Positions 50,330-60,815 of a stretch of 64,000 nt of DNA are shown here, piece by piece. Source of the DNA: Bryobacterales bacterium. GTDB lineage: Bacteria > Acidobacteriota > Terriglobia > Bryobacterales > UBA6623. The notes under the pieces are model-generated. The model was given only the letters and a program-made list of their open reading frames with translations, searched no databases and was not told the origin of the DNA. Made by a program: the position numbers and the translations under genes. The stretch covers positions 749,368 to 813,367 of the forward strand of contig CBDBHC010000001.1 of the NCBI GenBank assembly GCA_965205445.1, written 5' to 3'. The first letter of the stretch is position 1, and each line of letters opens with the position of its first letter.

Positions 50330-51351
50330 GACGGCAAATGCGAGTCGGACTGGTCGGAACCGGAGCGATTTCCCACAAGCACGCCGAGTGCTACGCGGCG
50401 ATCGGCTACGACATGCTGGCCTGCTCGAACCGCGGGCGGTCGAAGGGCGAGGACTTCGCCTCCAAGTACGGTTGCGCGTTCGAACCTGACTACCGCCGCC
50501 TCTGCGCGAGAACGGACTTGGACTATATCGACGTCTGCACGTTTCCGGACTCGCACGTTGACATCTGCCGTCACGCCGCGTCGAACGGAAAGCACGTGCT
50601 GGTGCAGAAGCCGATGGCCTTGACATTGGACGATTGCCGCACGATGATCGCGATCTGCCGGGACGCGGACGTGCGGCTCGGGGTAGTTAGCCAGCACCGC
50701 TTCGACGAGTGCTCCATGTTCCTCAAGAAAGCGATCGATGACGGCCGGCTGGGACGCCTTCTCCAAGTCGACGGCTATGTCAAGTGGCACCGGCCCCAGG
50801 CCTACTACGACCGGCCCGGAAAGGGCACGTGGGAGGTCGAGGGTGGCGGCGCACTCATCAACCAAGGCATCCATACCGCCGACGTGATGCAGTTCCTGGG
50901 AGGCCCCGTGAGGCTTGCCTGCGCCCAGTGGCAGCTGGCAGCGGCCCACCGTATGGAAGCCGAAGACTGGGTCAACGCGGTCCTGGTTTACGAAAACGGA
51001 GCGGGCGGGGTGCTGCAGGCGGCGACGGCGGCATGGCCGGGCTACCCGGAGAGGATCGAGATTCACGGGACGAAGGGGACTGCGGTCATCACGGGCGACC
51101 AGTTAACGACCTGGGACATGGAGGACGACCCAGGCGACGACGCGCCGCTTGCCTCGGGTGTCGATTCCGGGGCTGCAGATCCGATGGCGATCTCCATTGA
51201 GAATCTCCAGCGGCAGTTTGGAGATTTCGGCGACGCCGTGAGGAGCGGCCGCGATCCGCTTGTCGACGGCGAGGAAGGGCTTGCCGCGCTGCGGTTCGTT
51301 CTGGGCGTGTACGAATCGGCGCGCGAAGGCAGACCCGTCGAGCTGCTCTAG
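50326..51351 (+). CDS. Gfo/Idh/MocA-family NAD(P)-dependent oxidoreductase
   Basis: The N-terminal Rossmann motif is RVGLVGTGAISHKH, followed by VLVQKPMA. There is an ATGA overlap with the purD stop. Confidence 0.85.
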   Translation: MRRQMRVGLVGTGAISHKHAECYAAIGYDMLACSNRGRSKGEDFASKYGCAFEPDYRRLCARTDLDYIDVCTFPDSHVDICRHAASNGKHVLVQKPMALTLDDCRTMIAICRDADVRLGVVSQHRFDECSMFLKKAIDDGRLGRLLQVDGYVKWHRPQAYYDRPGKGTWEVEGGGALINQGIHTADVMQFLGGPVRLACAQWQLAAAHRMEAEDWVNAVLVYENGAGGVLQAATAAWPGYPERIEIHGTKGTAVITGDQLTTWDMEDDPGDDAPLASGVDSGAADPMAISIENLQRQFGDFGDAVRSGRDPLVDGEEGLAALRFVLGVYESAREGRPVELL

Positions 51352-51466
51352 CAGCACCTGCGCGCCACGCCGTATAATCCATGGTTGGGAACGCGCGATA
51401 GCCCGCGGCTAGGCGGGGAGATTAGGCTAGCACCTACCCCTCTGGAGCTGTGCGCAGCGCTGCGCC

Positions 51467-51943
51467 TTGGCGGCTATGCAATTAAAGGTCATTCAAAAAC
51501 TAGAGAGTGAAATTCGGGACATTGAGTCGGAGCTCCATGACAAGCTTCCAGGCGAGATCCAGAAAGCGCGCGAACTCGGGGACCTGAGCGAGAACGCGGA
51601 GTACGCGGCGGCCAAGGAGCGCCAGCGCTTCCTCGGCGCCAGGATGGCACAGCTTTCTGAACGGCTCGGCAGGCTCATGCTCATTGATCCGTCGAAGATT
51701 CCCACCGATGCGGTGGGCCTGGGCTCAACGGTCGTTCTCTACGACGTCGATCTGGAAGCGGAGATCACCTACGAGCTGGTGACCAGCGAGGAATCGGACG
51801 TGCCGTCGGGCAAGATCTCGACATCGTCGCCGATCGGCAGATCCTTGCTCGGCAAGCGCGACGGCGACGTCGCCGAGGTTCACACGCCGCGCGGGCGAAA
51901 GGAGTTTGAAATCCTCAGCCTCGAGACGATCCACGGCAAGTAG
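51467..51943 (+). CDS. greA: Transcription elongation factor GreA
   Basis: GDLSENAEYAAAKERQ, with the C-terminal part ISTSSPIGRSLLGKRDGD. The track start is TTG at 51467 and an ATG lies at 51476. Confidence 0.93.
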   Translation: MAAMQLKVIQKLESEIRDIESELHDKLPGEIQKARELGDLSENAEYAAAKERQRFLGARMAQLSERLGRLMLIDPSKIPTDAVGLGSTVVLYDVDLEAEITYELVTSEESDVPSGKISTSSPIGRSLLGKRDGDVAEVHTPRGRKEFEILSLETIHGK

Positions 51944-51966
51944 CGGGTCGCGGAAGGGCACAAGCC

Positions 51967-52647
51967 ATGTCGTTCACGAAGGCAATTGGCCGGGGCTTCG
52001 GCGCGGTGCTCAAACGGCTGGTCCGCTGGCTGACCCTGAGCGGCGTGCATCCCAATGCCCTGACCGTAATCGGCCTGGTCGTAAACGGTGTTGCAGCGTG
52101 GATCCTGGCGCGTGGCGAGTTTCTCTACGCCGGGCTGATCATTCTGTGCGCCGCCGTGTTCGATCTCACCGACGGGGCCGTCGCGCGCAGCGCCAACAAG
52201 GTCACGCGGTTCGGAGCGTTCCTCGATTCGGTCATGGACCGTTACTCGGACCTGATCATTCTTACCGGGCTGCTGGTGCATTACGCCCGCATCGACCGGT
52301 TCAGCTATATCGTCCTGACGGCAGTCGTGATGATCGGCTCAGTGCTCGTCAGTTACAGCCGGGCCCGCGCCGAGAACCTGATTCCGTCCTGCAAGGTCGG
52401 CTTTCTCGAGCGTCCCGAACGCATTGTTCTCCTCATCATCGGTGCCCTATTCGACAGGATGGCGGCGGTCCTATGGGTCATGGCCTTCCTCTCGAACCTT
52501 ACTGTGGTGCAGCGCATCGTCCATACCTGGAGGGAAAGCAGGCGGGTTGGCGAAGCAGCCGAGGTCCCCGCGCCTGTCGAGGAAGCATCTGTCGATTCTG
52601 AATCGACCCGCCAGACGGAGTTCCACGAGGGCTACCGGTCCGCCTGA
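51967..52647 (+). CDS. CDP-alcohol phosphatidyltransferase family protein
   Basis: The D-G-x2-A-R-x8-G-x3-D-x3-D motif is present (DLTDGAVARSANKVTRFGAFLDSVMDRYSD), with multiple TM segments. Confidence 0.8.
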   Translation: MSFTKAIGRGFGAVLKRLVRWLTLSGVHPNALTVIGLVVNGVAAWILARGEFLYAGLIILCAAVFDLTDGAVARSANKVTRFGAFLDSVMDRYSDLIILTGLLVHYARIDRFSYIVLTAVVMIGSVLVSYSRARAENLIPSCKVGFLERPERIVLLIIGALFDRMAAVLWVMAFLSNLTVVQRIVHTWRESRRVGEAAEVPAPVEEASVDSESTRQTEFHEGYRSA

Positions 52648-52701
52648 CGCCGCGGGCCTTCCGGGATTCGCTGCGACCGGGCCGGCTTCGGCGGCGCCCA
52701 C

Positions 52702-54489
52702 CTACCGGAGCAGCCGGTTGAGACAGAACGCCGCGCTGATCAGGCCGAGATGCGTGAACGCCTGGGGGAAATTGCCAAGGGCCTGCCCGCTGGGGCCGAT
52801 CTGCTCGGCATACAGGCCGAGCGGATTGGCGTAGGTGAGCATCTTCTCGAATATCAGCCGCGCCTCGTCGATGCGGCCGGCGCGGGCCAGTGACTCCACC
52901 AGCCAGAAGGTGCAGACGCTGAATGTGCCCTCCGATCCCGACAGCCCGTCACCGGCGCCCTTACCGATCTCGTAGCGATAGACCAGCGAGTCCGAGACGA
53001 GTTCTGCCATGGTCCGGTCCAGGGTCGCCAGCATGCGTGGGTCCGAGGCGGACACGAACCGCACGAGCGGCATCAGCAGATTGCTGGCATCCAGCGTCTC
53101 CGCGCCGTAGTACTGCACGAACGCCTTGCGGCGGGGATTCCAGCCGCTCTTCATGATGGACTCGTAGATGCGGTCCCTTGTACTGCGCAGCCACTCGCGG
53201 TTGTTCGGGAGGCCGCGTTTGAGAGCAAGCCGCAGCCCGCGGTCAAGCGCCACCCAGCATTGCATTTTTGAATAGACGAACTGTCTGCGCTCGGACCGCA
53301 CCTCCCAGATGCCTTCGTCCGGCGACTCCCAGTGGCGGGCGACCCAGCGCAGCATGCCGCGGATCTTCAGCCACAGGTCGTACGACACCGGAGTGACCCA
53401 CTTGTCGTAGAGGTAGACCGAATCAATGAGCTCCCCGTAGATGTCCAGCTGCAGCTGCTCCGCCGCCGCGTTGCCGACGCGGACGGGACCGGAACCCCTG
53501 TACCCCTCGAGGTGCGGCAGCTCGAACTCTGGGATATCGGGCGTACCGTCGATGCGATACATGATCTGAAGGGGTCCGGTCGGGGCGTCCTTCTCCTGGA
53601 CCCTGGTTTCCAGCCAGCCCATGAACCCGGCTGCCTCATCGGTGTATCCGAGGCGGAGGAAGGCGTAGATCGTGAACGCGGCGTCCCGGATCCACGTGTA
53701 GCGGTAGTCCCAGTTGCGAATCCCTCCGATCTCCTCCGGAAGGCTCGACGTCGGTGCGGCCACTATCGCCCCTGTCGGCTCGAAGGTGAGCAGCTTGAGC
53801 GCGAGCGCACTGCGTTCGACCATTTCCCGCCAGCGGCCCTCGTAGCGGCCCTTGTTCAGCCATCTGCGCCAGAATGTCGTGGTCCGGTCGAGGGCTTCCT
53901 CGCCGTCTGTCAGCTGCGCGAGCAGGTTCTCGGACGAACCGTGACGGAACGAGAAGACCGCTTTCTGGCCCGGCTCCAGCGTAAAGTGGGCGTAGACGCC
54001 GTCCCCGTCCTGCGTGAGGGGCACCGGGCTCAGCAATGCGAAGTTCGCGCCGGGGTAGCTGAACACCGCGCCTCCCTTCCGGATGGTGACCTCGTGTTCC
54101 GCACGCGCGTAATCGTATGCCGGCCTGCAATCGAGCCGGCATGGCAGGGTCCCCCGGACAGACTGGACGATCCGCAGGATCTCGTGATTCTTGGCCTTCC
54201 CTTTCGGGACAACCGGCATGAAGTCGATGACTTCCCCGACCCCTTCCTCGCTCAGGAACCGCGTGATCAGGATGTTGGTTTCGGGGAGGTAGAGCTGGCG
54301 GTGGGAGCTTTCGTGCTGGACAGCGATCTTGAAGAACCCGCCCTTCCTCTCGTCGAGTATCGCAGCGAACACACTCGGCGAGTCGAAGTGGGGCAGGCAG
54401 CACCAGTCGATCGACCCGTCGTTCGCGACAAGGGCGACCGAATGGAGGTCGCCGATAACTCCATAAGACTCGATGGGCTTGTAAGGCAT
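52702..54489 (-). CDS. Glycoside hydrolase family 15 (glucoamylase/trehalase-like)
   Basis: ATG at 54489 gives [46 protein letters not shown], the typical GH15 N-terminus. The 52 upstream codons of the track ORF were rejected. Confidence 0.88.
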   Translation of the reverse strand: MPYKPIESYGVIGDLHSVALVANDGSIDWCCLPHFDSPSVFAAILDERKGGFFKIAVQHESSHRQLYLPETNILITRFLSEEGVGEVIDFMPVVPKGKAKNHEILRIVQSVRGTLPCRLDCRPAYDYARAEHEVTIRKGGAVFSYPGANFALLSPVPLTQDGDGVYAHFTLEPGQKAVFSFRHGSSENLLAQLTDGEEALDRTTTFWRRWLNKGRYEGRWREMVERSALALKLLTFEPTGAIVAAPTSSLPEEIGGIRNWDYRYTWIRDAAFTIYAFLRLGYTDEAAGFMGWLETRVQEKDAPTGPLQIMYRIDGTPDIPEFELPHLEGYRGSGPVRVGNAAAEQLQLDIYGELIDSVYLYDKWVTPVSYDLWLKIRGMLRWVARHWESPDEGIWEVRSERRQFVYSKMQCWVALDRGLRLALKRGLPNNREWLRSTRDRIYESIMKSGWNPRRKAFVQYYGAETLDASNLLMPLVRFVSASDPRMLATLDRTMAELVSDSLVYRYEIGKGAGDGLSGSEGTFSVCTFWLVESLARAGRIDEARLIFEKMLTYANPLGLYAEQIGPSGQALGNFPQAFTHLGLISAAFCLNRLLR

Positions 54490-54669
54490 GGCTTCCAAGG
54501 ACGCGAGAAAGGTCCCACGGACCCTTCGTAGCGGGTCCCGCCGACGGAGGATTCTACCAAGAATAGCTGCCCCTACGACGCCGAGCCCGGCCTGTGATAG
54601 ACTCCGGGGAGCGGCCGCTGTTCTTGGGGCGACGGCGCCCGACACCGTTCAGGCCGAGGTATTCCCGCC

Positions 54670-56661
54670 GTGCTGCTGACGCTGGAGAATCGCCTCCGCG
54701 AAGCCCTGTCCACCCATATCGCCCGGCGATACGGCGTGGATGCCGAGATCGTCGTCGAGCTGCCGAGGCAAGCAGCGCACGGCGATCTGGCCACGCCGGT
54801 CTGCTTCGCGCTCGCGAAGTCGCTCCGTCGCGCTCCGCGCCAGATCGCTGCCGAGCTTGTGGCCGAATTGCCGGCCGTTCCGGGTATCCGCTCGCTCGAG
54901 GCCGCTGGTGCGGGGTACGTCAACGCCCGCTTCGAGCGGGGGGCCTACGCGGAGGGAGTCCTCGGGCGTGCAGAATTGCCGGCCGCAGACTCCTCGAAGG
55001 TCATCGTCGAGCACACGAACATCAACCCCAACAAGGCCGCCCATATCGGCCATCTGCGGAATGCGGTGCTGGGAGACACCCTCGTTCGCATGCTGCGAGC
55101 GGTCGGCCGCGAGGTCGAGGTGCAGAACTACATTGACAACACCGGCGTGCAAGTGGCCGACGTGGTCGCGGCGTTCCGGTTCGTGCGCGGCATGCGGGCT
55201 GACGAGGTCCGGGCGCTGGCAAACGACCCGCAGGTGCGGTTCGACTACTACTGCTGGGACCTCTACGCGGAAATCTCGCGACGGTTCGCCGACGGGGATT
55301 CCGCCACCCTTGGATGGCGGGCCAAGACCCTCAAGGCACTGGAGTCCGGAGAGGGCGAGCTTGCCGACATCGGGGCAGTCGTCGCCGACTCCGTTGTGAC
55401 TTGCCACTTGGCGACGATGCGGCGAATCGGCGTCTCCTACGACTTGCTGCCCCGCGAGAGCGAGATCCTCAGGCTGCGCTTCTGGGCGACGGCGTTCGAA
55501 CTGCTGAAGGCTCGGGGAGCGATCAGGATGGAGGCGTCCGGCAGGAACGCGGGCTGCTGGGTCATGCCCGCGGAGGCGTTCCGGGCTGTCCCGAGTACCG
55601 GTCCCGGAGGGCAGGGAAGCGATCGAGACCCGGACGCCGATGCGGACAAGGTGATCGTGCGCTCGGACGGCACCGTCACCTACGTGGGCAAGGACATTGC
55701 CTACCAGCTCTGGAAGTTCGGGCTGCTGGAGGGCAAGGATTTCGCTTACACGCCGTTTCCGGCGCCTCCTGGCCCTGGACCGTGGGTGACGACCTCGACA
55801 GGAGGATCGGCCCAGGTGCCGGGCTTCGGCGGAGGGTCCGAGGTCTTCAATGTGATCGATGTCCGCCAGTCCTACCTCCAAGACGTCGTGCGGTCATCCC
55901 TCGCGGCACTGGGGTTTGACGAGCAGGCGCGGCACAGCGTGCATTTCTCCTACGAGATGGTTGCCCTTTCGCCGCGTTGCTGCGCCGAACTGGACATCGA
56001 GCTTTCCGAGCAGGAGCGCTCTAGGCCCTATATCGAGGTTTCGGGCCGAAAGGGCCTCGGCGTGAAGGCCGACGACCTGGTGGACCTTCTGATTGAAACG
56101 GCTCTGGGCGAGGTTCGCAGTCGGCACCAGGATCTCGGAGAAGGCGAGTGCCGCTCGATAGCGGAGCAGATCGCGGTCGGCGCCCTGCGCTACTTCATGC
56201 TCCGATTCACTCGCAACACGGTCATCGCGTTCGACTTCCAGGAAGCGCTCGCGTTTGAGGGGGAGACGGGTCCGTATGTCCAGTACGCGGCCGTGCGAGC
56301 CCGCAATATTCTGCGCAAGAGCGAGCAGTCGGCCGTTCCCAGGCCGGACTCAGACTTGACGCCACGATCCGCGGTACTCGAGCGCCATCTGCGGGACGAG
56401 CAGCTTTGGCAGCTCGTCCTGGCAATGTCCCAGTCGCGGTGGACCGTGGCCAGAGCCGGGCAGGCGGGCGAGCCCGCCCAGGTCGCGAGAAACGCGTTCC
56501 AAGCCGCGCAGGCCTTCAACAACTTCTATCACCAGACGCACATTCTCACGGAGCGCGACCCGGAGCGCCGGGCCGTCCTGTTGTCAGTCGTTCGCCTCGC
56601 ATTGGATGAACTCTCGTACTTGATGCATTTGATGGGAGTGCCCGTGCCCGAGCGGATGTAG
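54670..56661 (+). CDS. argS: Arginine-tRNA ligase
   Basis: HIGH-type motif NPNKAAHIGHLRNAVLGD, a class I fold and a C-terminal anticodon-binding DALR-like domain. GTG start. Confidence 0.95.
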   Translation: MLLTLENRLREALSTHIARRYGVDAEIVVELPRQAAHGDLATPVCFALAKSLRRAPRQIAAELVAELPAVPGIRSLEAAGAGYVNARFERGAYAEGVLGRAELPAADSSKVIVEHTNINPNKAAHIGHLRNAVLGDTLVRMLRAVGREVEVQNYIDNTGVQVADVVAAFRFVRGMRADEVRALANDPQVRFDYYCWDLYAEISRRFADGDSATLGWRAKTLKALESGEGELADIGAVVADSVVTCHLATMRRIGVSYDLLPRESEILRLRFWATAFELLKARGAIRMEASGRNAGCWVMPAEAFRAVPSTGPGGQGSDRDPDADADKVIVRSDGTVTYVGKDIAYQLWKFGLLEGKDFAYTPFPAPPGPGPWVTTSTGGSAQVPGFGGGSEVFNVIDVRQSYLQDVVRSSLAALGFDEQARHSVHFSYEMVALSPRCCAELDIELSEQERSRPYIEVSGRKGLGVKADDLVDLLIETALGEVRSRHQDLGEGECRSIAEQIAVGALRYFMLRFTRNTVIAFDFQEALAFEGETGPYVQYAAVRARNILRKSEQSAVPRPDSDLTPRSAVLERHLRDEQLWQLVLAMSQSRWTVARAGQAGEPAQVARNAFQAAQAFNNFYHQTHILTERDPERRAVLLSVVRLALDELSYLMHLMGVPVPERM

Positions 56662-56710
56662 GCGCAGCCGCGAGGTTTCCCGCCTCGAGTGCGTGCTAGA
56701 TTCGGACTTG

Positions 56711-57868
56711 ATGCGCTGCCGGGCGATCGTCGATTTGGGGGCGCTGATCGACAACTACATTCGCCTGAGGGAATGTGCCGGCAACCAGGCGGTTCTGCTA
56801 TGCGTCGTCAAGGCAGACGCCTACGGCCACGGCGCGTTGCCCGTGGCTAGGGCTCTGGCGGGGGCCGGGGCCCGACACTTCGCGGTCGCCACCTTGGAGG
56901 AGGCCATCGAGCTGCGCGACGGCCGCGTATCCGGCTCAGTCGTCGTTTTGGGCGGCGTCGAGCGCGGCAGCGAGAGCGATGCATCGGCACGGGGCATCGA
57001 GCCGTTGATCGGGTCTATCGGCCAGCTGCGGAACTGGAATGCTGAGGCCCGGCGCGCAGGCCGCAAGCTGCCTTGCCACTTGCTGCTGAACACGGGCATG
57101 AACCGCTTGGGAATCGATTTCGACGTGACGAACGGCTCAACCTGCAGGAATCTCCTCGACGCGCTCGCAGCTTGCGAGGGGATCGAGCCGCGCGGGGTTG
57201 CAACCCACTACGCTTCGTCCGAGGATTTCCATTCCGGTCAGACCGAGCGCCAGGCGGAGCAGTTCGCCCGGCAGCTTGCAACGCTCCGGGACACCGGGGT
57301 CGCTCCCCGGTACGTGCACTCCGACAACAGCGCCGCACTCGTCTATCGAGGCATGACTGCGGCCTGCGGCCACGGGGCCGAGGGCATGGTCCGTCCCGGT
57401 CTCGCGCTCTACGGGTATGTCAAGCCGCCGCTGGGCCACACTGGATCGTCCGTCCGCGAACTGCGCCCCGTGCTCGAATGGCGGGCGAAGCTGCTGGCCG
57501 TGCGCGACGTCAAGGCCGGAGCATCCCTCGGGTACGGCGGGACCTTCGTGGCCACCCGGCCGACGAGGGTCGGTGTCCTCTCTGTCGGCTATGGCGACGG
57601 CCTGGACTGGCGGTTGTCGAACCGGGGGGCTGCCTCGATCGGCGGATCCCGCTGTCCGATCGTGGGGGAAATCAGCATGGACCTGACGATCGTCGACCTG
57701 ACTGCCGCGCCCCGAGCGAGAGAGGGCGACGAGGCCTTGCTGCTGGGGGCGGAGCCCTACGACGCCCAAGGGATGGCCGGGTTGACCGGCGGGATCTCCT
57801 ACGAAGTGCTCTGCCGGATCTCCAAGCGGGTGCCGAGGCAGTATGTCAGCCGGCCTAGCGACCAATAA
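56711..57868 (+). CDS. alr: Alanine racemase
   Basis: The PLP lysine motif is VVKADAYGHGA. The track start is 56693. I prefer the ATG at 56711 (MRCRAIVDLGALIDN). Confidence 0.93.
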   Translation: MRCRAIVDLGALIDNYIRLRECAGNQAVLLCVVKADAYGHGALPVARALAGAGARHFAVATLEEAIELRDGRVSGSVVVLGGVERGSESDASARGIEPLIGSIGQLRNWNAEARRAGRKLPCHLLLNTGMNRLGIDFDVTNGSTCRNLLDALAACEGIEPRGVATHYASSEDFHSGQTERQAEQFARQLATLRDTGVAPRYVHSDNSAALVYRGMTAACGHGAEGMVRPGLALYGYVKPPLGHTGSSVRELRPVLEWRAKLLAVRDVKAGASLGYGGTFVATRPTRVGVLSVGYGDGLDWRLSNRGAASIGGSRCPIVGEISMDLTIVDLTAAPRAREGDEALLLGAEPYDAQGMAGLTGGISYEVLCRISKRVPRQYVSRPSDQ

Positions 57869-59825
57869 TCAGGTCGACCTCGTTGCTGCGCTTGCCGTCA
57901 GCCTGAAGGTACAGCCTCATCCCGCCAGGCGTCGTGTCGGTTGGAATCGCGACTTCCACGATGTAGATCCCGACGTATCCGGGCGCGAGGTGGGCCCCGA
58001 GGACTTCGACGGCTGAGTCTCCGACGCTCGCCTCGACCCGAGCTAGCGCGCGGGGTGGATCGACCTCCCTTGAGGGCACTCCGGCGGGCCACGGCGGATC
58101 GACTTCGCCGAGCCCCGTCGCCATGACCAGGATATTGCCGCCCGGCCGGGCCGGCTGGTTCCAGCTGACGAGCGCGCCTGTTCCTGCATCGAGGATCAGG
58201 GGCTCGCCCGAAACGACGAATACTGCTGGAGACACGTCCTGCAGCGGCAGCTTGACCACGTGGCTTGTTCCGTTGGAATCGAGCTGGAGTTGCAGGGACC
58301 GCCCCTCGACGGCGAACGGTACCTGCAGCTGCGTGCGGTCCGCGCCGGAGTCGAGGATCGGCGCGGGCCTCCCGTCGGCGCGGGCTCTCATCGCGCGTGC
58401 CCCGAGCACAGTGAGGAGGCTGCCCGGGGCAGCCGGACGCGCTGCCAGGTCCGCTGCGCTGAGTACGCGCAGGGCTTGCTCGACATGCGGCATTCGCGTC
58501 CAGTACACGCCGTAGCCGGGAAGGGCGGCGTACAGCCGGCCGCGAAGCGGGTCGAGGGCCAGATCGCCGATCACAGCCACGGGCAGGTTGCCGCCGATCC
58601 TGGCCCATGCGCCGGCCGGGCCCGGCTGGCTCAGGTCAACCTGCGAGTAGTAGACGCCGAGCGGTCCGGCGGCGAAGGCGATTCCGGCGGACGAATGGCC
58701 TTCAACTGCCGTCCATTCCGATTCGGGCAAGTCCGCGCTGATGTCGAACCATGAAGTGCCGCCGTTGGTTGACCGCAGTACCCGCCCGCCCACGAGGGCC
58801 AGGGCGGTCGTCGGCATGTCCGGGTCCGCCCACAGGCTGCCAACCGCGCCCTCTTCCGGGTCGGTCCATGTGAGCGACCACGTCGAGCCGGCGTCGCCGG
58901 AAACCCAGATGCGGCCGTTCGAGGTCCCCGCCCAGAGACGGCCGTTCAAGGCGAGCGCGGTGATCGAGTGCGAGCCGCATTCCGGCCCTCCCCGGCACTC
59001 CGTGAGATCGCCGGAGATCGGCGCGCCATCCTTCCAGACGCGATGCGAGATCTCGTAGCCTTGGGGCAGCAGTGGCGGAGCTGCCTGGGCTAGGGGACGC
59101 TCCGCAGGCAGGATCGCTCTCCCGGGCTCCGGAGTCACAGATACCCTCCAGACAGCTCCGTCCGGCGTTCGGACCAAGTCCAGCGTGCCGAGCTGACTGG
59201 TCTGCAGGGTCGGGGCTGCGGATGTCGCATCGGTGTGGAATCGCGCAGCGGGAAAGTTCGGCAGGCCCGCATTCAGGCTCGCCCAAGTCGTCCCCGCGTC
59301 GTAGGATTTCCAGAGCCCCATCGAGTTCCCCACGACAATCAGCTCTGGTTCCGTCGGTGAAATCGCCAGCACGGCCTGCCAGCGCCCTATGACCGAGTCG
59401 CTGCCGATGGCCGTCAGGTTCGTCCACACGCCGCCCCCGTCGTCGGAGCGGTACAGATGCTCTCCCAAGGCATACGCGACGCCTGCTCTGTAAGGATTGC
59501 GCAGCACCAGGGCCGAGCCTGCTCCCGTAGGCTGTTGATCGAGAGCGGCCCGCACCTCACCCGGATCGCTCTCCGTCCGAGCCCAGGCAAGCCCGGTATC
59601 CTCGCTGACCCATTCCGTGCCGTCTTGCAGGGACGCATACAGCCGCTGACCGTCTGCGGAAAACCACGCGTCTCCCACGGGACTTCCTACCGGACCCGCG
59701 AAGCCAGCGGCGACACCGGTGCCGCCGAGTTGCTTCCAGCTGGCTGCTTGCAGGCAGGCGGCCACGACAAAACACAGCGCTAGCGCCCGGGCAGCGCGCG
59801 TCAAAGAAGCGTGGCCGTGTCGCAT
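57855..59825 (-). CDS. Secreted BNR/Asp-box repeat protein with TIGR03437-type C-terminal domain
   Basis: ATG at 59825 gives MRHGHASLTRAARALALCFVVAACLQA. Asp-box-like repeats are SDDGGGVWT, SYDAGTTWA, SGDAGSTWS and STNGGTSWF. The C-terminus is ATGLG...APGYVGIYIVEVAIP. Confidence 0.8.
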   Translation of the reverse strand: MRHGHASLTRAARALALCFVVAACLQAASWKQLGGTGVAAGFAGPVGSPVGDAWFSADGQRLYASLQDGTEWVSEDTGLAWARTESDPGEVRAALDQQPTGAGSALVLRNPYRAGVAYALGEHLYRSDDGGGVWTNLTAIGSDSVIGRWQAVLAISPTEPELIVVGNSMGLWKSYDAGTTWASLNAGLPNFPAARFHTDATSAAPTLQTSQLGTLDLVRTPDGAVWRVSVTPEPGRAILPAERPLAQAAPPLLPQGYEISHRVWKDGAPISGDLTECRGGPECGSHSITALALNGRLWAGTSNGRIWVSGDAGSTWSLTWTDPEEGAVGSLWADPDMPTTALALVGGRVLRSTNGGTSWFDISADLPESEWTAVEGHSSAGIAFAAGPLGVYYSQVDLSQPGPAGAWARIGGNLPVAVIGDLALDPLRGRLYAALPGYGVYWTRMPHVEQALRVLSAADLAARPAAPGSLLTVLGARAMRARADGRPAPILDSGADRTQLQVPFAVEGRSLQLQLDSNGTSHVVKLPLQDVSPAVFVVSGEPLILDAGTGALVSWNQPARPGGNILVMATGLGEVDPPWPAGVPSREVDPPRALARVEASVGDSAVEVLGAHLAPGYVGIYIVEVAIPTDTTPGGMRLYLQADGKRSNEVDLIIGR

Positions 59826-59895
59826 GAACTGCCGGCTCTCGTCGGACCGAGAGGCTGTCTTTAGGGTAGCCCCATCCGGAAGGGACGCGCTCACG

Positions 59896-59901
59896 TATAA
59901 T
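59896..59901 (+). promoter_or_regulatory. Consensus -10 hexamer TATAAT 7 nt upstream of the FGE start codon
   Basis: cacgTATAATacggcggATG, with no SD-like purine run in between. Confidence 0.45.
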
Positions 59902-59908
59902 ACGGCGG

Positions 59909-60811
59909 ATGTTGAGGATCCCGCTTGCGGCATTGGCGGCGGCTGCGATCGGCGCGGGCTGTGGCGCGGATCAGCCGGCCGGGGAGTGGCGGCCCGGTTC
60001 CCCTGCCGACACGTCCGGCATGGTCCTGATCGAGGGCGGCGAGTTCATGATGGGAACCGACGTAGGCCTGCCCTACGAAGGCCCAGCGCATCGGGTTGTT
60101 TTGGATTCCTTCTATATCGACGAGCACGAGGTCACGAATGCCCAGTACGCGGAATTCGCCGATGCTACCGGCTACGTCACTGAATCCGAGCGACTCGGCT
60201 GGTCCGGAGTGTTCGACCCGCAGCAGAACGGGTGGACCAAGGGCGATGGCGCCGACTGGCGCCATCCTCACGGCCCGGGCTCTTCCTACGCGGAGATGCA
60301 GGCGTTTCCCGTCGTGCATCTGTCATGGCAGGACGCGGACCAATACTGCGAGTGGCGAGGGGCGCGTCTACCGACCGAGGCCGAATTCGAGTACGCGGCG
60401 CGAGGCGGGCTCGCGGGAGCCACTTACGCGTGGGGCAATGAACTTACCCCGGACGGGGTTTACCGGGCCAACCTCTGGCAGGGCATCTTTCCCGAGGAGG
60501 ATCGCACGCTGGACGGCTACGGAAGCCATGGCCCGGTCAAGAAGTTTCCGCCCAACGGGTACGGGCTCTATGACATGACGGGAAACGTCTGGGAATGGGT
60601 TCATGACTGGTATGCCCCGGACTATTTCGCCAACTCGCCCGGGAAGAATCCCCGCGGGCCGCGCACCGGAATCCAGAAGATTCAGCGTGGCGGCAGCTGG
60701 CTTTGCAGCGAGAATTACTGCCAGGGCTACCGGGTAGCCGCACGGATGATGACAGAGCCGGATTCCGGGCTCAACAACCTGGGCTTTCGTTGCGCCGGAG
60801 CGGCGGAATAG
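59909..60811 (+). CDS. Formylglycine-generating enzyme (SUMF1/FGE-sulfatase family) lipoprotein
   Basis: The lipobox is AAIGAGC. Also MVLIEGGEFMMGTD, GNVWEWVHDWY and RGGSWLCSENYCQGYRVAAR. Confidence 0.9.
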   Translation: MLRIPLAALAAAAIGAGCGADQPAGEWRPGSPADTSGMVLIEGGEFMMGTDVGLPYEGPAHRVVLDSFYIDEHEVTNAQYAEFADATGYVTESERLGWSGVFDPQQNGWTKGDGADWRHPHGPGSSYAEMQAFPVVHLSWQDADQYCEWRGARLPTEAEFEYAARGGLAGATYAWGNELTPDGVYRANLWQGIFPEEDRTLDGYGSHGPVKKFPPNGYGLYDMTGNVWEWVHDWYAPDYFANSPGKNPRGPRTGIQKIQRGGSWLCSENYCQGYRVAARMMTEPDSGLNNLGFRCAGAAE

Positions 60812-60815
60812 CCGG

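Noticed and set aside
53332-55881. Long antisense ORFs opposite GH15 (53332-54531, 399 aa) and argS (54649-55881, 410 aa). Similar cases are 40345-41571, 3414-4526, 21228-22187, 30470-31384, 11958-12872 and 7009-8022.
   Set aside because: Each is antisense to a gene with recognisable conserved motifs and has an arginine/proline/glycine-rich composition. There is no independent support.
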